A stretch of DNA of 64,000 nucleotides from Malacoraja senta (GCA_038087875.1 CM075977.1:157728001-157792000); one strand, 5' to 3'. Positions 48,506 to 61,090 are shown, counted from the stretch's first letter. Notes: generated by a model from the letters alone, not told the origin. Made by a program: numbers and translations.

Positions 48506-50156
48506 GTAGCAATGTTACAACATTTTGAGATTTTAAAAATCAAGTCCGTAATTTATCCCATCAGATAAAGCATAAAAAGACATTTAATTTAACACCTAAT
48601 TCACTTTCATATCTTCAGTATTAAAAAAGTTATGGCTATTTTCATACTCAGAAATTAGCATCTTGTTCCTTATTGCTTTTCCATTGACTTAACACAAAAG
48701 CTGTGATCGAGGACAGTCAGAAGCCCATAATTTTCTTAAAAATTAAGAGAACTGAAAGAAATTTTCAGTTATTATAGCTTGAAGCATTCTGAAACAAATA
48801 TGAAACAATCTTACTTAGATGACATGAAATTAAAGCATATAATTAGTTAGTTACCTAATTGTAGCTAATTACAAAACCCAATTACTAGATCTAAACATCT
48901 ATCAATTCCTTAAGAATAGATTAACATTTTTAAATAGCCTAAAAGGCCTGTCTCACGAGTCTGCGGTCATTGGCGGCGAAACAGGAAGAATCTACCGCTC
49001 CTGGGCCGCCATAGACTGCGCACTCGGTCAAACGCACAATTCCGGGGCCGTGCGGCGTTGTTCCCAACACCGCACGGTGCTAAAATACAACCAACACTGT
49101 TCAAAAAACTTTTCCTACCGCACAGCCACCACCAGTGAGGCACGAGTGCGGCACCGCCGCCGCCACATCCGCCGCCAGTGTGGCACGAGCGCCGTGCGTC
49201 GAACTTGCACCGCACAGCCTCTGCCAGTGAGGCATGACTGCCGCCACAGCCGCCGCCACAGCCTCCGCCAGTGAGGCACGTGTGCGGCACGGCCGCCGCC
49301 ACAGCACGCGATCAGCACGGCCGCTGCCACAGCCCTGCAGATCCAAAATGACGTCATCGCAGTCGGCCCGCCCTTTTTTTTTTACTTACCGCAAGCTCGT
49401 GGGACTTAAATCACTCGGCCCCCGCGCAGCACCCGTGCGGCGCTCCCGTGGCATAGGCTCGGCACTCTCGCCGTTGCCGTGCGGTCCCCTCTACCGGCGA
49501 CGCCGCGCTTCACCGTCGATGACCGCAACACAGTGAGACAGAGCCTTAAGTGTCCAAATAACATTCACACAAGAATTCACAATATAACATAATTTTTAAA
49601 TCTCATTGTCATGGATATATAGGCCAAATGGAAGGAATTTAATGTTTAATACCTGCAAATTAATGGGGATTTAAATCATCTTGCGAGTGGGTTTTTCTGG
49701 AACGCGATCATTTGGAACGTTGATTTGCGGTGAATTTAACCCCGTATCGACATGAAAAATACTGCCGTTAGTTCGGGGAAAAGAATCACCGTTTCGCATT
49801 TTAAAATGTGAATTAAAGGCCTCTTAAGAAGCACTTTTATACATAAAATAAACGGCTTTCGTTTACCTGTCCCGTGTGTGAAATCAGTCCCCTTTGTCGG
49901 CGTTGACGGCTTACGAAGCTGATTTTAAAATAACTCCAGCGCTGAACATGTCGGGCGAATAAAAATAAAAAATACACAAAACGCCCGTCAGAACGATTCT
50001 TCAGCAAAAGCTTGCACTCCAACGAAATATAATTCAGGACAAGGTAGGAGAAACCCGCGTTATAACCCCGCCCCCCCCTCAAAGGCGCCAAAATCGCGCA
50101 CACGGCCAGTGGCAGAATTGCAGCGCTGCTGAAGGTAAGTATTGTAACATACCTAC
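48506..50156. mobile_element. Unclassified non-autonomous DNA transposon
   Basis: Imperfect TIR GTAGCAATGTTACAA / TTGTAACATACCTAC; TSD AGATA at 48501-48505 and 50157-50161. Confidence 0.82.
48943..49546. mobile_element. GC-rich PIF/Harbinger MITE
   Basis: TIR AAGGCCTGTCTCAC / GTGAGACAGAGCCT, TAA TSD at 48940-48942 and 49547-49549. Confidence 0.82.
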
Positions 50157-50288
50157 AGATAGTGCAGATGGTTGTGAAATATTGCAGCAGGATCTGGAAC
50201 GATTGACCAGGTGGGCAGAGACATGGTTGATGGAATTTAATACAGAAAAATGTGAGGTATTGCATATTGACCACCTTATCTACCTGCG

Positions 50289-51271
50289 CTTCTCCGTGGA
50301 TTATCATCTTGTCGTGGTGGAGAAGCTTGTGTTGATCTGAGATCCTGAGAGCGATGCCGTCTGGAGCTATGCTCCTGGTAGGGTCACCCATGGCGGTAGG
50401 TTCGAGGGGGAGGTCTCTGACAAAGAGCAATCCAACCAAGACCTCAACGGTGGAACAGGCGGTGGACGATGGCCAACCTTAGTGGAGGTCACAACTGCTG
50501 GGAAGGTGGATGAAGGCTGCAGCAGAAAAGGGTCTCCAGTTGTCTTGGACTCCATGCCACTGGAACCTGACCCAGATATGTCAATGACCGTGGGGTGGCT
50601 GCCTTTGCACGAGTCTCCCCACGTTAAACAAAATCACACATAGGCGTCCTCCATATAGCACCCTGCAGGGGTGAAGGAAAACACCAAATGCAAAGCTTCA
50701 CTGCCTTGTGGCTATTCCCTTATTCAGGAAAGCTGATGATTGGATCCAGCGGAATATGCGGAGGAGACCACCATTAGGCAGTCCAACGGGTAGGAAGGTG
50801 ACCCAGCAAAGCATTGTGGAGCATAATTAGGGCACAATGTGCACACAGAACACTGGTGGCCATCCACTGCCTGCATCCTGACCTATCACCAGCCGTCTTG
50901 ACTATGTCTTGCCACGGGATCCAGATAGACTATGTCTTGCCACTGGAGGGAGTGAGGCTGACGATTTACGCAACTCTCCCTCACTTTAATCCAAGTCAAG
51001 TAAAGCGCACGTCATGACTTCAGGACCTGTACCGGCCAACTGAGCGAAGTAAGACCACAGGAACACGTGCAGCTGAGAAGAAGCCCAGAGGAAACGCGCC
51101 GCTCGCAAGGCTCGAGCCACTTCAACTTCTACTGCAGCACCCACCCAACTGTGTCCCATATGCGGCGAGCTTTCCGGGTCCGGATCGGTCTCACCAGTCA
51201 CCTCCGGACCCACAAACAAAAACACTGAAGTCATGGTTTTCTTCGACTACGAAGGACTAACAACAACAATG
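50289..51271 (+). mobile_element. Internally deleted RTE derivative (5' UTR fused to 3' end)
   Basis: Expander/RTE-type 5' UTR (CTTGTCGTGGTGGAG..GCTATGCTCCTGGTAGGGTCACCCATGGC), RTE-type 3' end with (ACA)n tail, TSD TCTACCTGCG at 50279-50288 and 51272-51281. Confidence 0.8.
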
Positions 51272-51800
51272 TCTACCTGCGATTCTACCTTCAAGGAACC
51301 ATGCACCTGTACTCCTAGATCCCTCTGCTTCACAACATTACCCACAGGCCTACCATTTATTGTGTAGGCCCTGCCCTTGTTCGACGTCCCAAAATGCAAC
51401 ATCTCACACTTTTCTGTATTAAGTTCCATCAACCATTCCTGAGCCCACCTGGCCAATCGATCCAGATCCAGCTGCAATCGTTCACAATCATTTGCACTAT
51501 CTGCAAAACCACTAACTTTTGTATCATCAGCAAACTTGCTAATCTTGCCCTGTATGATCTCATCAAATCATTCCGACAAACCTGCAAATACCTTAACAAT
51601 CCCTTTAAACGGGAGAGGTTGCTAGGGTATGTGGGGGGGGGGGGGTGAGAGGGCATGGGGGAGGGTGTCTCCTGCTGTTTAGAATTGCTGTACAGTGCAT
51701 GCTTGACACAATGCCTTTGGAGCACATGTACAGCCCAATTTCCCAGGAAAACTCTGCAAGTGTTTACATTACCATCTGCCAACTCCAAAATGCATTCAGT

Positions 51801-52018
51801 AGAAATAAGGAACTGCAGATGCTGGTTTACCAAGGATAGACATAAAATGCTGGAGTACCTCAGCAGGTCAGGCAGCATCGCTGAAGGACATGGATAGGTG
51901 ATGTTTCAGGTCAGAACCCATCTTCAGACCCAGAAGCTTCTTGACCTGAAATGTCAGCTATCCATGAACTCCAGGGATGCTGCCTGACCTGTCGAGTTAT
52001 TCCAGTATTTTGTGTTAC
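51801..52018. mobile_element. Fold-back Penelope-like short element with a hammerhead core on the minus strand
   Basis: Minus CTGAAGATGGGTTCTGACCTGAAACATC; TSD AATGCATT(C/T)AGT at 51789-51800 and 52019-52030. Confidence 0.75.
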
Positions 52019-52759
52019 AATGCATTTAGTTCACTATGAAAAGTGGTGACACATGAATGTTCTATCACAATTGTACCAAAAAAAGGATATCTTGGAAACG
52101 TTTTTCCAGCCAGTATGCATTTTAAATAATAAGTGGTTAATATCTAAATGATTTAAGCTTGCACAGATATATCTAAACATTAATCTACCGTACATTTGTT
52201 ACAGAACAATAATTCCAGCATTATTGACAATTTACAGTATTTGGGTATTTTTTATAAATTAACTCAAAGAATAAATAGCAGCAATCCCACATTTAAGAAA
52301 CAAATGGCCTGTAAATTTGAAGCAAGCTGCTTGTGGTATCCGATTTGTGTACATGGGTGAGGAGATGCAAAGGTGTGTGTGGGGTGAATGAGAAGCAGGA
52401 GCTGGTGTATCTGATCTGCAGCATGGCCATTGAGCCCAGCAGTAGAGCATTGGTGATTTGAACAATGAACAATGGTCTGAGGTACATCTGGCCTTCAACT
52501 TTAGGTCAAAGAGGAGAAGAGAGCAAAGAGTGTCATCAATCCTATGGGTAAATATAATTGCAGGTAAACATTAATGTTTACCTGTATTATATTTTACCTT
52601 TATTTTAGATTTCATTTGTACTTACAAAAGGAAAGTATTTAAAAATAAGAAAATATAATTGTGCAAATGAAATCTAAAAAAAAGTTTAAATCTAAATTAA
52701 TATATATATTTTTTTAAAGTATTTAAAAATAAGAAAATATAATTAATTTTATTATTTTT

Positions 52760-54420
52760 TCAGGGCAAGGCCAGCAGTTATCATTCATCTCAGATTTTGT
52801 GCATTGGTGGTGTCTTTCTGGTGAAGGCACTCGCCAATGCTGTTGGGGATGGGAATTCTAGAGTTTAGCTCCAGTGACAGTGAAGGAATGCCAATATATT
52901 TTTAAGCTGAGATGGAACCCTGCAAATGGCATTGATCCCATGTATCTGCTGTCCCTGCCGATCATGCCTGAGGGTTTGGCAGATCCTGTCAGAATAGCTT
53001 GGATGAGTAACTGCTGTTGATTATGGAAATTCCACTGTGTGCCAGTGGCAGAGAGATGAATGTTTCGGGGTGATGTGTTGGTCCTGGATGGTGCTGAGCC
53101 ACTCTCGTCCAGATAAGTCGAGAGTATTCCATTATGCTCCTAAATTGAGCCATGAAGATAGAGGGAAGTCTTTCAGGAGTTAGGAGTCACTGGACTGTTT
53201 CCTTGATCATCGTTACTTTTTTGCATATCTTGCAGTCATTCATCCCTGCACCAGGACAGCACTACAGAAGTGTGTGCACATTTGTGACAACCATCTTCAA
53301 AGGCTCCATCAATGATCTCCCTTTCTTCATAAAGTTTCAGCTGTTCACTCATGATTGCAAAAAGATCAAATCTATTCACAACTCATTAATGGATTAAGCC
53401 GTCTGAGACCTGGCCACCATTCAGACATGGTCCGATAAGAAATAAGCAACACTTGGGCATGATACTATCCATTGGCCTCTTTTCCTTCTGATATTCTTGA
53501 AACACTATCTGGGCTCCTTGAGGCAATAGTTGGTCAAGCGCTGCCTTGGTATCAAAGGCAGTCACTCTGACCCACTTCATCTCATCTCATCTCTGGAATT
53601 AACTTCAATGGTCCATATTTGGTCTGAGCTTGTGCTGACTGCTGGAGCTGAGTGGTCACCTCAAAACCCAGACTGTGCATTCATGCTGTTTGTGAATAAG
53701 TGCCACTTGATAACACTGGGCATCAGCTTCCATCACTTTTCCAATGACTGAATGGACATGGGCAACACTGGACCGTTTCCTTGATCAGTGTTACTTTTTT
53801 GCATATCTTTCATTCATTTGCTCTACTGTATATCTCTCTATATCGCTGTATATATCTCTTGTTTCCCTTTCCCCTGACTCTCAGACTGAAAAAGGGTCTC
53901 AACCCAGAACATCACCTATTCCATTTCTCCAGAGATGCTGCCTGACCCATTGAGTTACTCCAGCTTTTGTGAATATTGTGGGCAATAATTAGCTGGATTG
54001 TCTCTATCCTGCTTTTTATGAACAGGACATAATTCAGATTTTTTTCCACATTGTTGGGTAGATGCCAATGCTGCAACTGTTCTGGAGTAGCATGGTTCTG
54101 GAGCGCAGGTCTTTAGTGCAAGAGCTAGGATGCTGTCTGCTCCCATTGTCTTTGCTGTATCTAGTGTTAATGATTGTTACTTGACACCACATGGAGTGGA
54201 ATGAATTGGCTAAAGAACAGCTTCTCTGATAATGGGGATCTCAAGACAAAGCCAAAAAGGACCCCGCATTTGGGTCTACCAGCTGAATATAGCGACAAAG
54301 AAATCATCCTTGTCCTTATTTCTTATTTGATTGGCACTACCTTTGCTGAGGAAGGAAATGTTCTTGGAGCCCAATTGGCTCATTAGCCTTCTAAATGTAC
54401 GCCCCATTCACATTTAGATG
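52760..54420 (-). mobile_element. Old CR1-like LINE (same family as 21435-22025)
   Basis: VRVTAFDTKAALDQL, PVHKKQDRDNPANYCP RT remnants. Confidence 0.7.
53790..53972 (+). mobile_element. Penelope-like single-arm element, decayed hammerhead core
   Basis: CTGAAAAAGGGTCTCAACCCAGAACATCACCTATTCC..GAGATGCTGCCTGACC. Confidence 0.62.
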
Positions 54421-54776
54421 TGGCAAGAATTCAGGTTTGATGTGATTTCCTGGTGGTTTGATTGCTAATCAACAAACTATTCAGAGATCTCTACTTGGCA
54501 TCCAAAAATAAAAATAGTGGAAATATTTCAGAACTTAGTATTTGCTAAGTATCTCAAGAAAAAGAAGAAGGCTGGTCATGGTAATTATACAACCAATATT
54601 AAGCAAAACCCAATTTGTTTGCACCTTAGCAACTTTACAACTTACGTATTTTTAGCACCACTTGGAAATTAATGCTGATGTCACAAGCATTTGTGAAAAA
54701 GGCCATCCAAGTAAACCAAAAAGAAAGCAAGTGACAGGAGTCTCATAAAAAGTTGGGGGAAACTTTAACTTCTCTA

Positions 54777-55520
54777 TGTGGGGGAGGGGGGTAGGGTAAG
54801 GGGGAAACTGTTTCCCAATCGCTTCCTGGCGGGGACGCGACTATTTCTCCAAGTCGCGTCCTCGCCCCCCTCCTCGCGGCCTACCACCTGGATCGGAGCG
54901 GCCTTTCCTGCCGGGGGCCGGGAACCGGACCAGAGCTGCAACAGCGGTGGCGCAGCGCTGAATTCACCACGGAGCGGGCGATGCCGACCTGGATCGCCGT
55001 TTGGAGCTCCGGAGCGTTGGGCCACTGCTCCAATATCGTGGAGCTGCGGTTTGGGAGAGCTTCCAGCGCGGCCAGTGCTGAACAACATCGCGGAGTCCTG
55101 GGGCCCTTTACCGAGGACCGCCAGCGTTGAATCTCCGCCCAGCATGGCCTGCGGACTTTGGGAGCCGCGGACTCCGGTAGGAGGTGGCCGACTCTGATGT
55201 CCAGGCCGCTGAGGTCCCCCAGCCCCGACGTCGGACTTACATCACCCCGGCGAGTGGGCCTGAACATCGGGCCGCCCGTAGCGGCGACTGCGGTGGGCTC
55301 GGGGAGGCCCCGACCACGGGTGAACATTGGAGAACATTAGAGGAAGATGACTAACTTTGGTGCCTTCCCTGACAGTGGCTAACTTTGATTCTGCTGTGTG
55401 GGGATGTTTTATGTTGAACTCTATCGTGTGTTGTGTTCTTTATTTTTATTGTATGGCTGTATGGTGACCACACATTTCACTGTGCCAACTGGCACATGGG
55501 ACAAATAAATGTATCTTGTT
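54777..55520 (+). mobile_element. GC-rich non-autonomous retroelement with a Rex-type 3' tail
   Basis: Internal GGAGCTCC/GCCTGCGGACTT/AACATCG repeats shared with 57110-57635; tail TTTCACTGTGCC..ACATGGGACAAATAAA. Confidence 0.6.
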
Positions 55521-56319
55521 CTCTCTCTCTTGTAAATGTGCACATTATTAAATAATATAGAAAAAACGGAGTCATGTGGAGTACAAGGCATAGAAAGATT
55601 AGAGAAGACATTAACTCAACACATTTCAGGGATAAATTACTTCAGTTCCATGGATAAACTGGATTGTTTATTTTCAAACAGAGAATTAAGGAAGAATTAA
55701 TGGCTGTGTTCAAAATTAGTAACTAAAGAGAAATAACATATGTCTCCCCCCTCACCTGCACCCACAGCTTCCATTGCTTGGAGCTGTGGATATGTATGGG
55801 GAAGATGCTTGTTCAGTAACTAGAGGACATTGATTACAAATTTTTGAAAAACATGGAGAAGAAGTGCTTTCTCGCAAAAATCTGGAATGGATTTAAACAA
55901 ACATAGTAACTGTCAAAAGGAAAGTAGATACAGACTTGAAAAATGAAAATTTGCAAGACCGTGGAAAGAGAATGGGAGTGGCTCGTATGAGAACAAATAC
56001 AAGCACAATGATCTGAATGGCCTATCTCCTTGCTGCCTGTTGATCTTATGTTGGGGATCATTTTGTGAACCTCACATCCTGTGAAATGGGATTTTAAATA
56101 TTGGCACTTGGGATATTAACTGATTTCTTGAAATGTTCCCCTTTCATGGGTTGCCCTTCAATATGAATAGTAAAATAGAAACTTATTTTATGGTGGATGT
56201 GTTACAAGATGTATTCTAGTGATAGCCATAGTTGTCTTGTAATAGATATGTGCCTTTTTGAAGAGTATGTAAGCTTGCAGCTTGCAACATAAGAGTGAAA
56301 CCAGTTTTAAAATATATAT

Positions 56320-56438
56320 GGAAGAGAGACTCAAAATCCTGGAGTAATTCAACGGGTTAAATCTGGAGAAAAGGAATAGGTGATGTTTTGGGTCGAGATC
56401 CTTCTTCAGAACCAGCATCTGCAGTTCCTTCATACACA
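56320..56438 (-). mobile_element. Penelope-like short element
   Basis: Family sequence with TSD TTAAAATATATAT at 56307-56319 and 56439-56451. Confidence 0.72.
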
Positions 56439-57109
56439 TTAAAATATATATCTGTTGGTTAATGGACTCATGTGGTTATTACATGGAAATATCCAGTGTA
56501 TTGACCACCATGGAATTCTCAGATTTTAGGAGAGATAACCTTGCTTCATGAATAGATGTTATTTAATGGAAGCTACAAGATAGGTTCTCTAATTAGAAGC
56601 TGGACAATAGGGAGATAGATTTTGAAAGAAGTAAGCTGCCTGCTGTATAGTTGATTAGGTTGCTAATATAAACAGGGATTTAACTCGAGAAACTAGTTTG
56701 AAGCTTAGTTCTACTTTTCCTACAATATAAGCCAATAAGCTGCCTGGATTCCCCGAGGTTGTGGTTCTACTGATGTGCGATGTAGAATGAAACATTTTTA
56801 GATTGTGCTGGTCTTAAAGGGACATTGCCACCTCGGTCTTGATAAGGACGTTTTCAGAATGTCTCCATACATTGAGGCAATGTCATTCAAGTTAAAAGGA
56901 ACATGAAATATATCCCAAACCAGGATTTATGTACTCAAAAAAATCACGTTCACGGATCCACTGAATGTAGGCAGCATTTTAACAGATTCCCTGTTAGATA
57001 TACAAACATTTTTGTTATCTGGTGTTTTTAAATGGTCCAGGTTAAAGTAAAATGGGCACAACATGAAGTTGGGCAAAGTCTCCTGCCTCTGGACTGCTTC
57101 TTGGGTGAT

Positions 57110-57635
57110 GGAGTTGGTGGCCTCTTCCTGGAGATCGACTTCGGGAGCTCCAACCGTGGGAGCCTGCAGGACTTAACATCGTGGCGCTGGTGATCCCTGT
57201 CGGGGATCGACCTTAGAGCTCCAACCGCGGGAGCCTGCGGACTTTAACATTGTGGAGCTCGTGGTCCCTGGTTAGACACCGACTTTGGGAGCTCCAACAG
57301 CAGGAGCTTCAACCGCCCCGACGCAGGAGCTTCGATAGCCCCAAAGCTGGAGCTTCGATCGCTCCGACATTGGGGCTTCGGTTGCTGGCTGCAGGACCTT
57401 CGATCGACCCAATTGCAGATGGTTCAACTGCCCCGATTGCGGGAGAATAAATAGGAAGAAGATTAGACTTTATAGCCTTCCATCACAGTAAGGAATGTGG
57501 AATCCACTGTGGTGGATGTTCATGTTAACTGTTATGTAGTTGTGTGTCTTGTTGCTTTTTATTAGCATGGCTGTATGGTAATTCGAAGTTCATTGCACCT
57601 TAATTGGTACATGTGACAATAAACAGACGTTTGAA
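57110..57635 (+). mobile_element. GC-rich non-autonomous retroelement with a Rex-type 3' tail
   Basis: Repeats GGAGCTCCAACCGCGGGAGCCTGCGGACTT; tail GGTACATGTGACAATAAA. Confidence 0.6.
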
Positions 57636-57805
57636 GCTATGAACCTTAATACACTGCTCTGGTGCATTGGCCTCAAGGTAACACTTTGTTATACTCTTAT
57701 CTCTCATTGTAATATTTTCCTCAGAACATTAGACAATACATGCTTTGAATGAAGCACATAAGAATTATTTTTGTCAGACAAAGTATTTCTCGTGAAAGTT
57801 AGTAA

Positions 57806-58118
57806 TGCGGAAAAGTGTCGCAGCGGTGGAGTTGCTGCCGAACAGCCGCATAGACCCCGGTCGATCCTGACTCTGGGTGCTGTCTGTACGGAGTTTGTAT
57901 GTTCTCTCTGTGACTAGTTTTCTCTGGGTGCTCCGATATCCCCCCACACTCCAAAGACCTACAGGTTTGTAGGTTAATTGACCTCTGTAAATTGTAAATT
58001 GTTCCGTGTGTGTAGGATAGTGTTATTGTATGGGTAATCACTGGTTGGGGCAGACGGTGGGCCAAAGTGCCTATTAGACGCTGTATCTATAAAGTCTATA
58101 AAGTCTAAAATCTAAAGT
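57806..58118 (+). mobile_element. HE1-like SINE
   Basis: Head, V-domain and tail as in the other copies. Confidence 0.85.
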
Positions 58119-60097
58119 TAGTCTGGCAGGCTGCTGATATGACCTTGCAGGAAACAACCTCCTAATTGTTCTGGGCATCAGAGAGAACACTAGGGCTGCA
58201 AACCATCTGGCTACTCTTTTTCTATCTCATGTTACTTTCTTCTTTGAGTATTTACGGGAATTAGATAAGTGACAGGAACTGCCTGGCCATTTGCATAGCT
58301 GGAACTGTGCAAAATTTCCAGAAGCAAGCATGGGACATGAATAAGCATCTTCTATTTCACAAGCTATTTAAAATCAGAGAACAGAATTTCACTGCATGAA
58401 GTACCATAAACAAGCCTGTTACGTGTGAAAGGCAAGAATATGCAATAGTGGTTGATGGTCACCTTCAAGGGGCAACGAAGAATGAGAGGAGATTTAATTA
58501 ATGTGTACAAGGTTATGACTGGCTTAGACAGGCTAAATAGAAAATTATATTTTCCCTCTATCAGGTGGTTCACATTCAGAGGACATATTTCTGAGATGAA
58601 GGGCAAAATCTAAGGTTGGAACTTGAAGAAATATCCCTTTTTTTTACCCAGAGGAGTGATGATGTGGAACTGTCTTCCTGTAAGAATGATGGGAAGAACA
58701 GGGAATTGGAAAGGGACCCGAGGGGAAATAATTTACGGGACTATGGGAAACGACTGGCGAACAAATGAAAATGATTGCTGAAAAGGTCGCTGGTATAGAC
58801 AGGTTATGCCGTATGACACAAAATGCTGGAATATCTCAGTGGATCAGGCAGCATTCTTGGAGACATACTGTAGATAGGTGACATTGTGCTGAAGGTCCTC
58901 TTTCGATTAAGCATGTAGTATATAATTCAATGCATTTCTACAATTTATGGCCAATGTATCCAATTTGCTTTGGAGATAAAGGCATCTTAAATCTTTGAGT
59001 AAACTGTTGTTTTTCAGATCAATGAGGCCAAAAGACAAACTGGAGATAATTTTTGGTCATTTAGATGAGTTTTAAACCAAAGAATCAGTGTTAACACAAG
59101 CAACATTTCTGCTGAAAAGTCTTCATTGAACTAAGAGAATTTTTAACTCCACTGATTTAGAGGCAGATATTTACATTATTTGGAAGTTTTGCATAACTGC
59201 TCATCAAAGCAATGGGCTGCCGTCCATAAAGCAGAAAGTAATAGGCTTGATCAGTACCCTGGTGATCTTGAAAAGTAAGCCCATTGACCTGCATAAAGGT
59301 GTTGCCCAAGCCATTGTGCCCAGACCTAACATCCATCTTGTAAGAATCATGCTGAAAGAGAATCCATTCAATATACCTGTGTGGATATTGTCAAGGCTTC
59401 AAAATTTAGTTTGTCTTCCACAACCCAACTAACTCACGAGGAAAACTCTCCAAAGATAAGATACGCAAACATCCAGAGTCGCTGATCATTGGTTCTCTTC
59501 TCTGTTCCTTTTGCATTGTCTATGTGTATGGGAGAAGAGGACATATAGTCTCAAACCCTGTTAGATAAAAACCTGAAAATAAATAATTTGCAGAGTTTTG
59601 GGCAGAGAATGAAGGAAGGGTCATATAGTCAGTAGGGACCTGACAGGTTGAATATCATCCTTTGTTGTAACCTGTCCATGAGACTGTGATTCTGTAAAAG
59701 TGCAGCTCCATAGTGCTGGTGGTTAGAACATTAATCCTGGAGGCTGTTTTGTGCTTGATGAAGTTTAGATTTTTGATTCCAGGTGGCTGAATATGGGTCC
59801 AACAAGTGTTGAGCACTGGCTGGTAGATGGCGGTGAGGCCTTGTGGAGCCAGGAAGTGAATCATTACACAGTTTTCAGATTGGGCTATCATCTATATTAC
59901 TAAAAGTCTGATCTTGACCACTTCCTGTTGTTCTGTATATTGATTTTAGAAAAAAAAAGCTGCCACTTACGGCTGTGATTTTTGGCCATCTTACTCAGAG
60001 TCCCCCTTCGCTGTGCAGGACAAGATGATTTATCCCATCAATGAAAAATAAAAGAGTTATTAGTGTTTTAAAAATGTTGATATTCTCTCTCCTGAAG

Positions 60098-60240
60098 GCC
60101 ACGCCCCTTCCGGAGGGACTATAAAACCCGGAAGTGTTGAGTGCCTCAGTCAGTCTCTGCAAGATGGGGGAAGCGAGAGGGTCACGTCTCTCAATCTGAG
60201 CTGTGTATAACACTGAACACATGTCTACTAAACTGTGAGT
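60098..60240 (+). promoter_or_regulatory. Helitron module 1 predicted promoter, first exon and donor
   Basis: CCACGCCCC about 60099, TATAAAA 60120, CCGGAAGTG 60128, Inr-like TCAGT with A at 60148 or 60152, CAAGATGG, GTGAGT 60235. Confidence 0.55.
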
Positions 60241-60294
60241 GTGGCTTTACTGACCTTGAGTTCCCTTAATGTGGTTTGAAAATGAAAATGTGGT

Positions 60295-60672
60295 TCCTTT
60301 AAAATAAAGCTCAGCAAATGGTTGTTGGTGGTGGTGGTTGCTTTGAAATAAAGTTCAGCAAATGGCCGTTGCTGGTGGTGGTTGCTTTGAAATAAAGCTC
60401 AGCAAATGGTTGTTGGTGGTGGTGGTTGCTTTGAAATAAAGCTCAGCAAATGGTCGTTGGTGGTGGTGGTTGCTTTGAAATAAAGCTCAGCAAATGGTCA
60501 TTGGTGGTGGTGGTTGCTTTGAAATAAAGCTCAGCAAATGGTCGTTGGGGGTGGTGGTTGCTTTGAAATAAAGCTCAACAAATGGTCATTGGTGGTGGTG
60601 GTTGCTTTGAAATAAAGCTCAGCAAATGGTCGTTGGTGATGGTGGTTGCTTTGAAATAAAACTCAGCAAATG
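60295..60672. repeat. 44-bp minisatellite GCTTTGAAATAAAGCTCAGCAAATGGTCGTTGGTGGTGGTGGTT, about 8.5 copies
   Basis: Direct reading. Confidence 0.92.
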
Positions 60673-60856
60673 ATTTCTAAACTTGACATCTTCCTGTTTG
60701 CACTGTATAGTGCACTGTATAAAATGCTACCACTTACGGCTGTGATTTTTGGCCATCTTACTCAGTTCCCCTCCGCTCATCAGGTGCAGAGGATTCTTCC
60801 CATCAATGAAAAATAAAAGTGTTATTAGTGTTTAAAAAATGTTGAGAACCTCTCTC

Positions 60857-61027
60857 CTGTCAATCAGGCCATGAAGACCACGCCCCTTCCGGTGAGAGGG
60901 GAGTGGAATTATAAAAGCCAGAAGTGTGGGTGTGGCTCAGTCTCTGCAAGATGGGGGAGGGAGAGGTCACGACTCTGTCTGTGCTGTGAATCAACTGAAC
61001 ACACTGAATGTCTACTGAACTGTGAGT
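60857..61027 (+). promoter_or_regulatory. Helitron module 2 predicted promoter, first exon and donor
   Basis: CTGTCAATCA 60857, CCACGCCCC, TATAAAA 60910, TCAGT with A at 60939, CAAGATGG, GTGAGT 61022. Confidence 0.55.
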
Positions 61028-61090
61028 GTGGTGTTTATGTGGTGTTTTGTGTGGTTTTATGGCAGTTTTATGGCAGTTTTATGGTGGTTT

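Larger units (their letters stand above)
47825..51575 (-). mobile_element. CR1-like LINE (47825-48476 plus 51282-51575) hosting nested insertions
   Basis: [24 protein letters not shown]; continues QLDLDRLARWAQEWLMELNTEKCE after the inserts. Confidence 0.88.

Noticed and set aside
60295-60672. CRISPR-like array
   Set aside because: Pure tandem 44-mers without spacers
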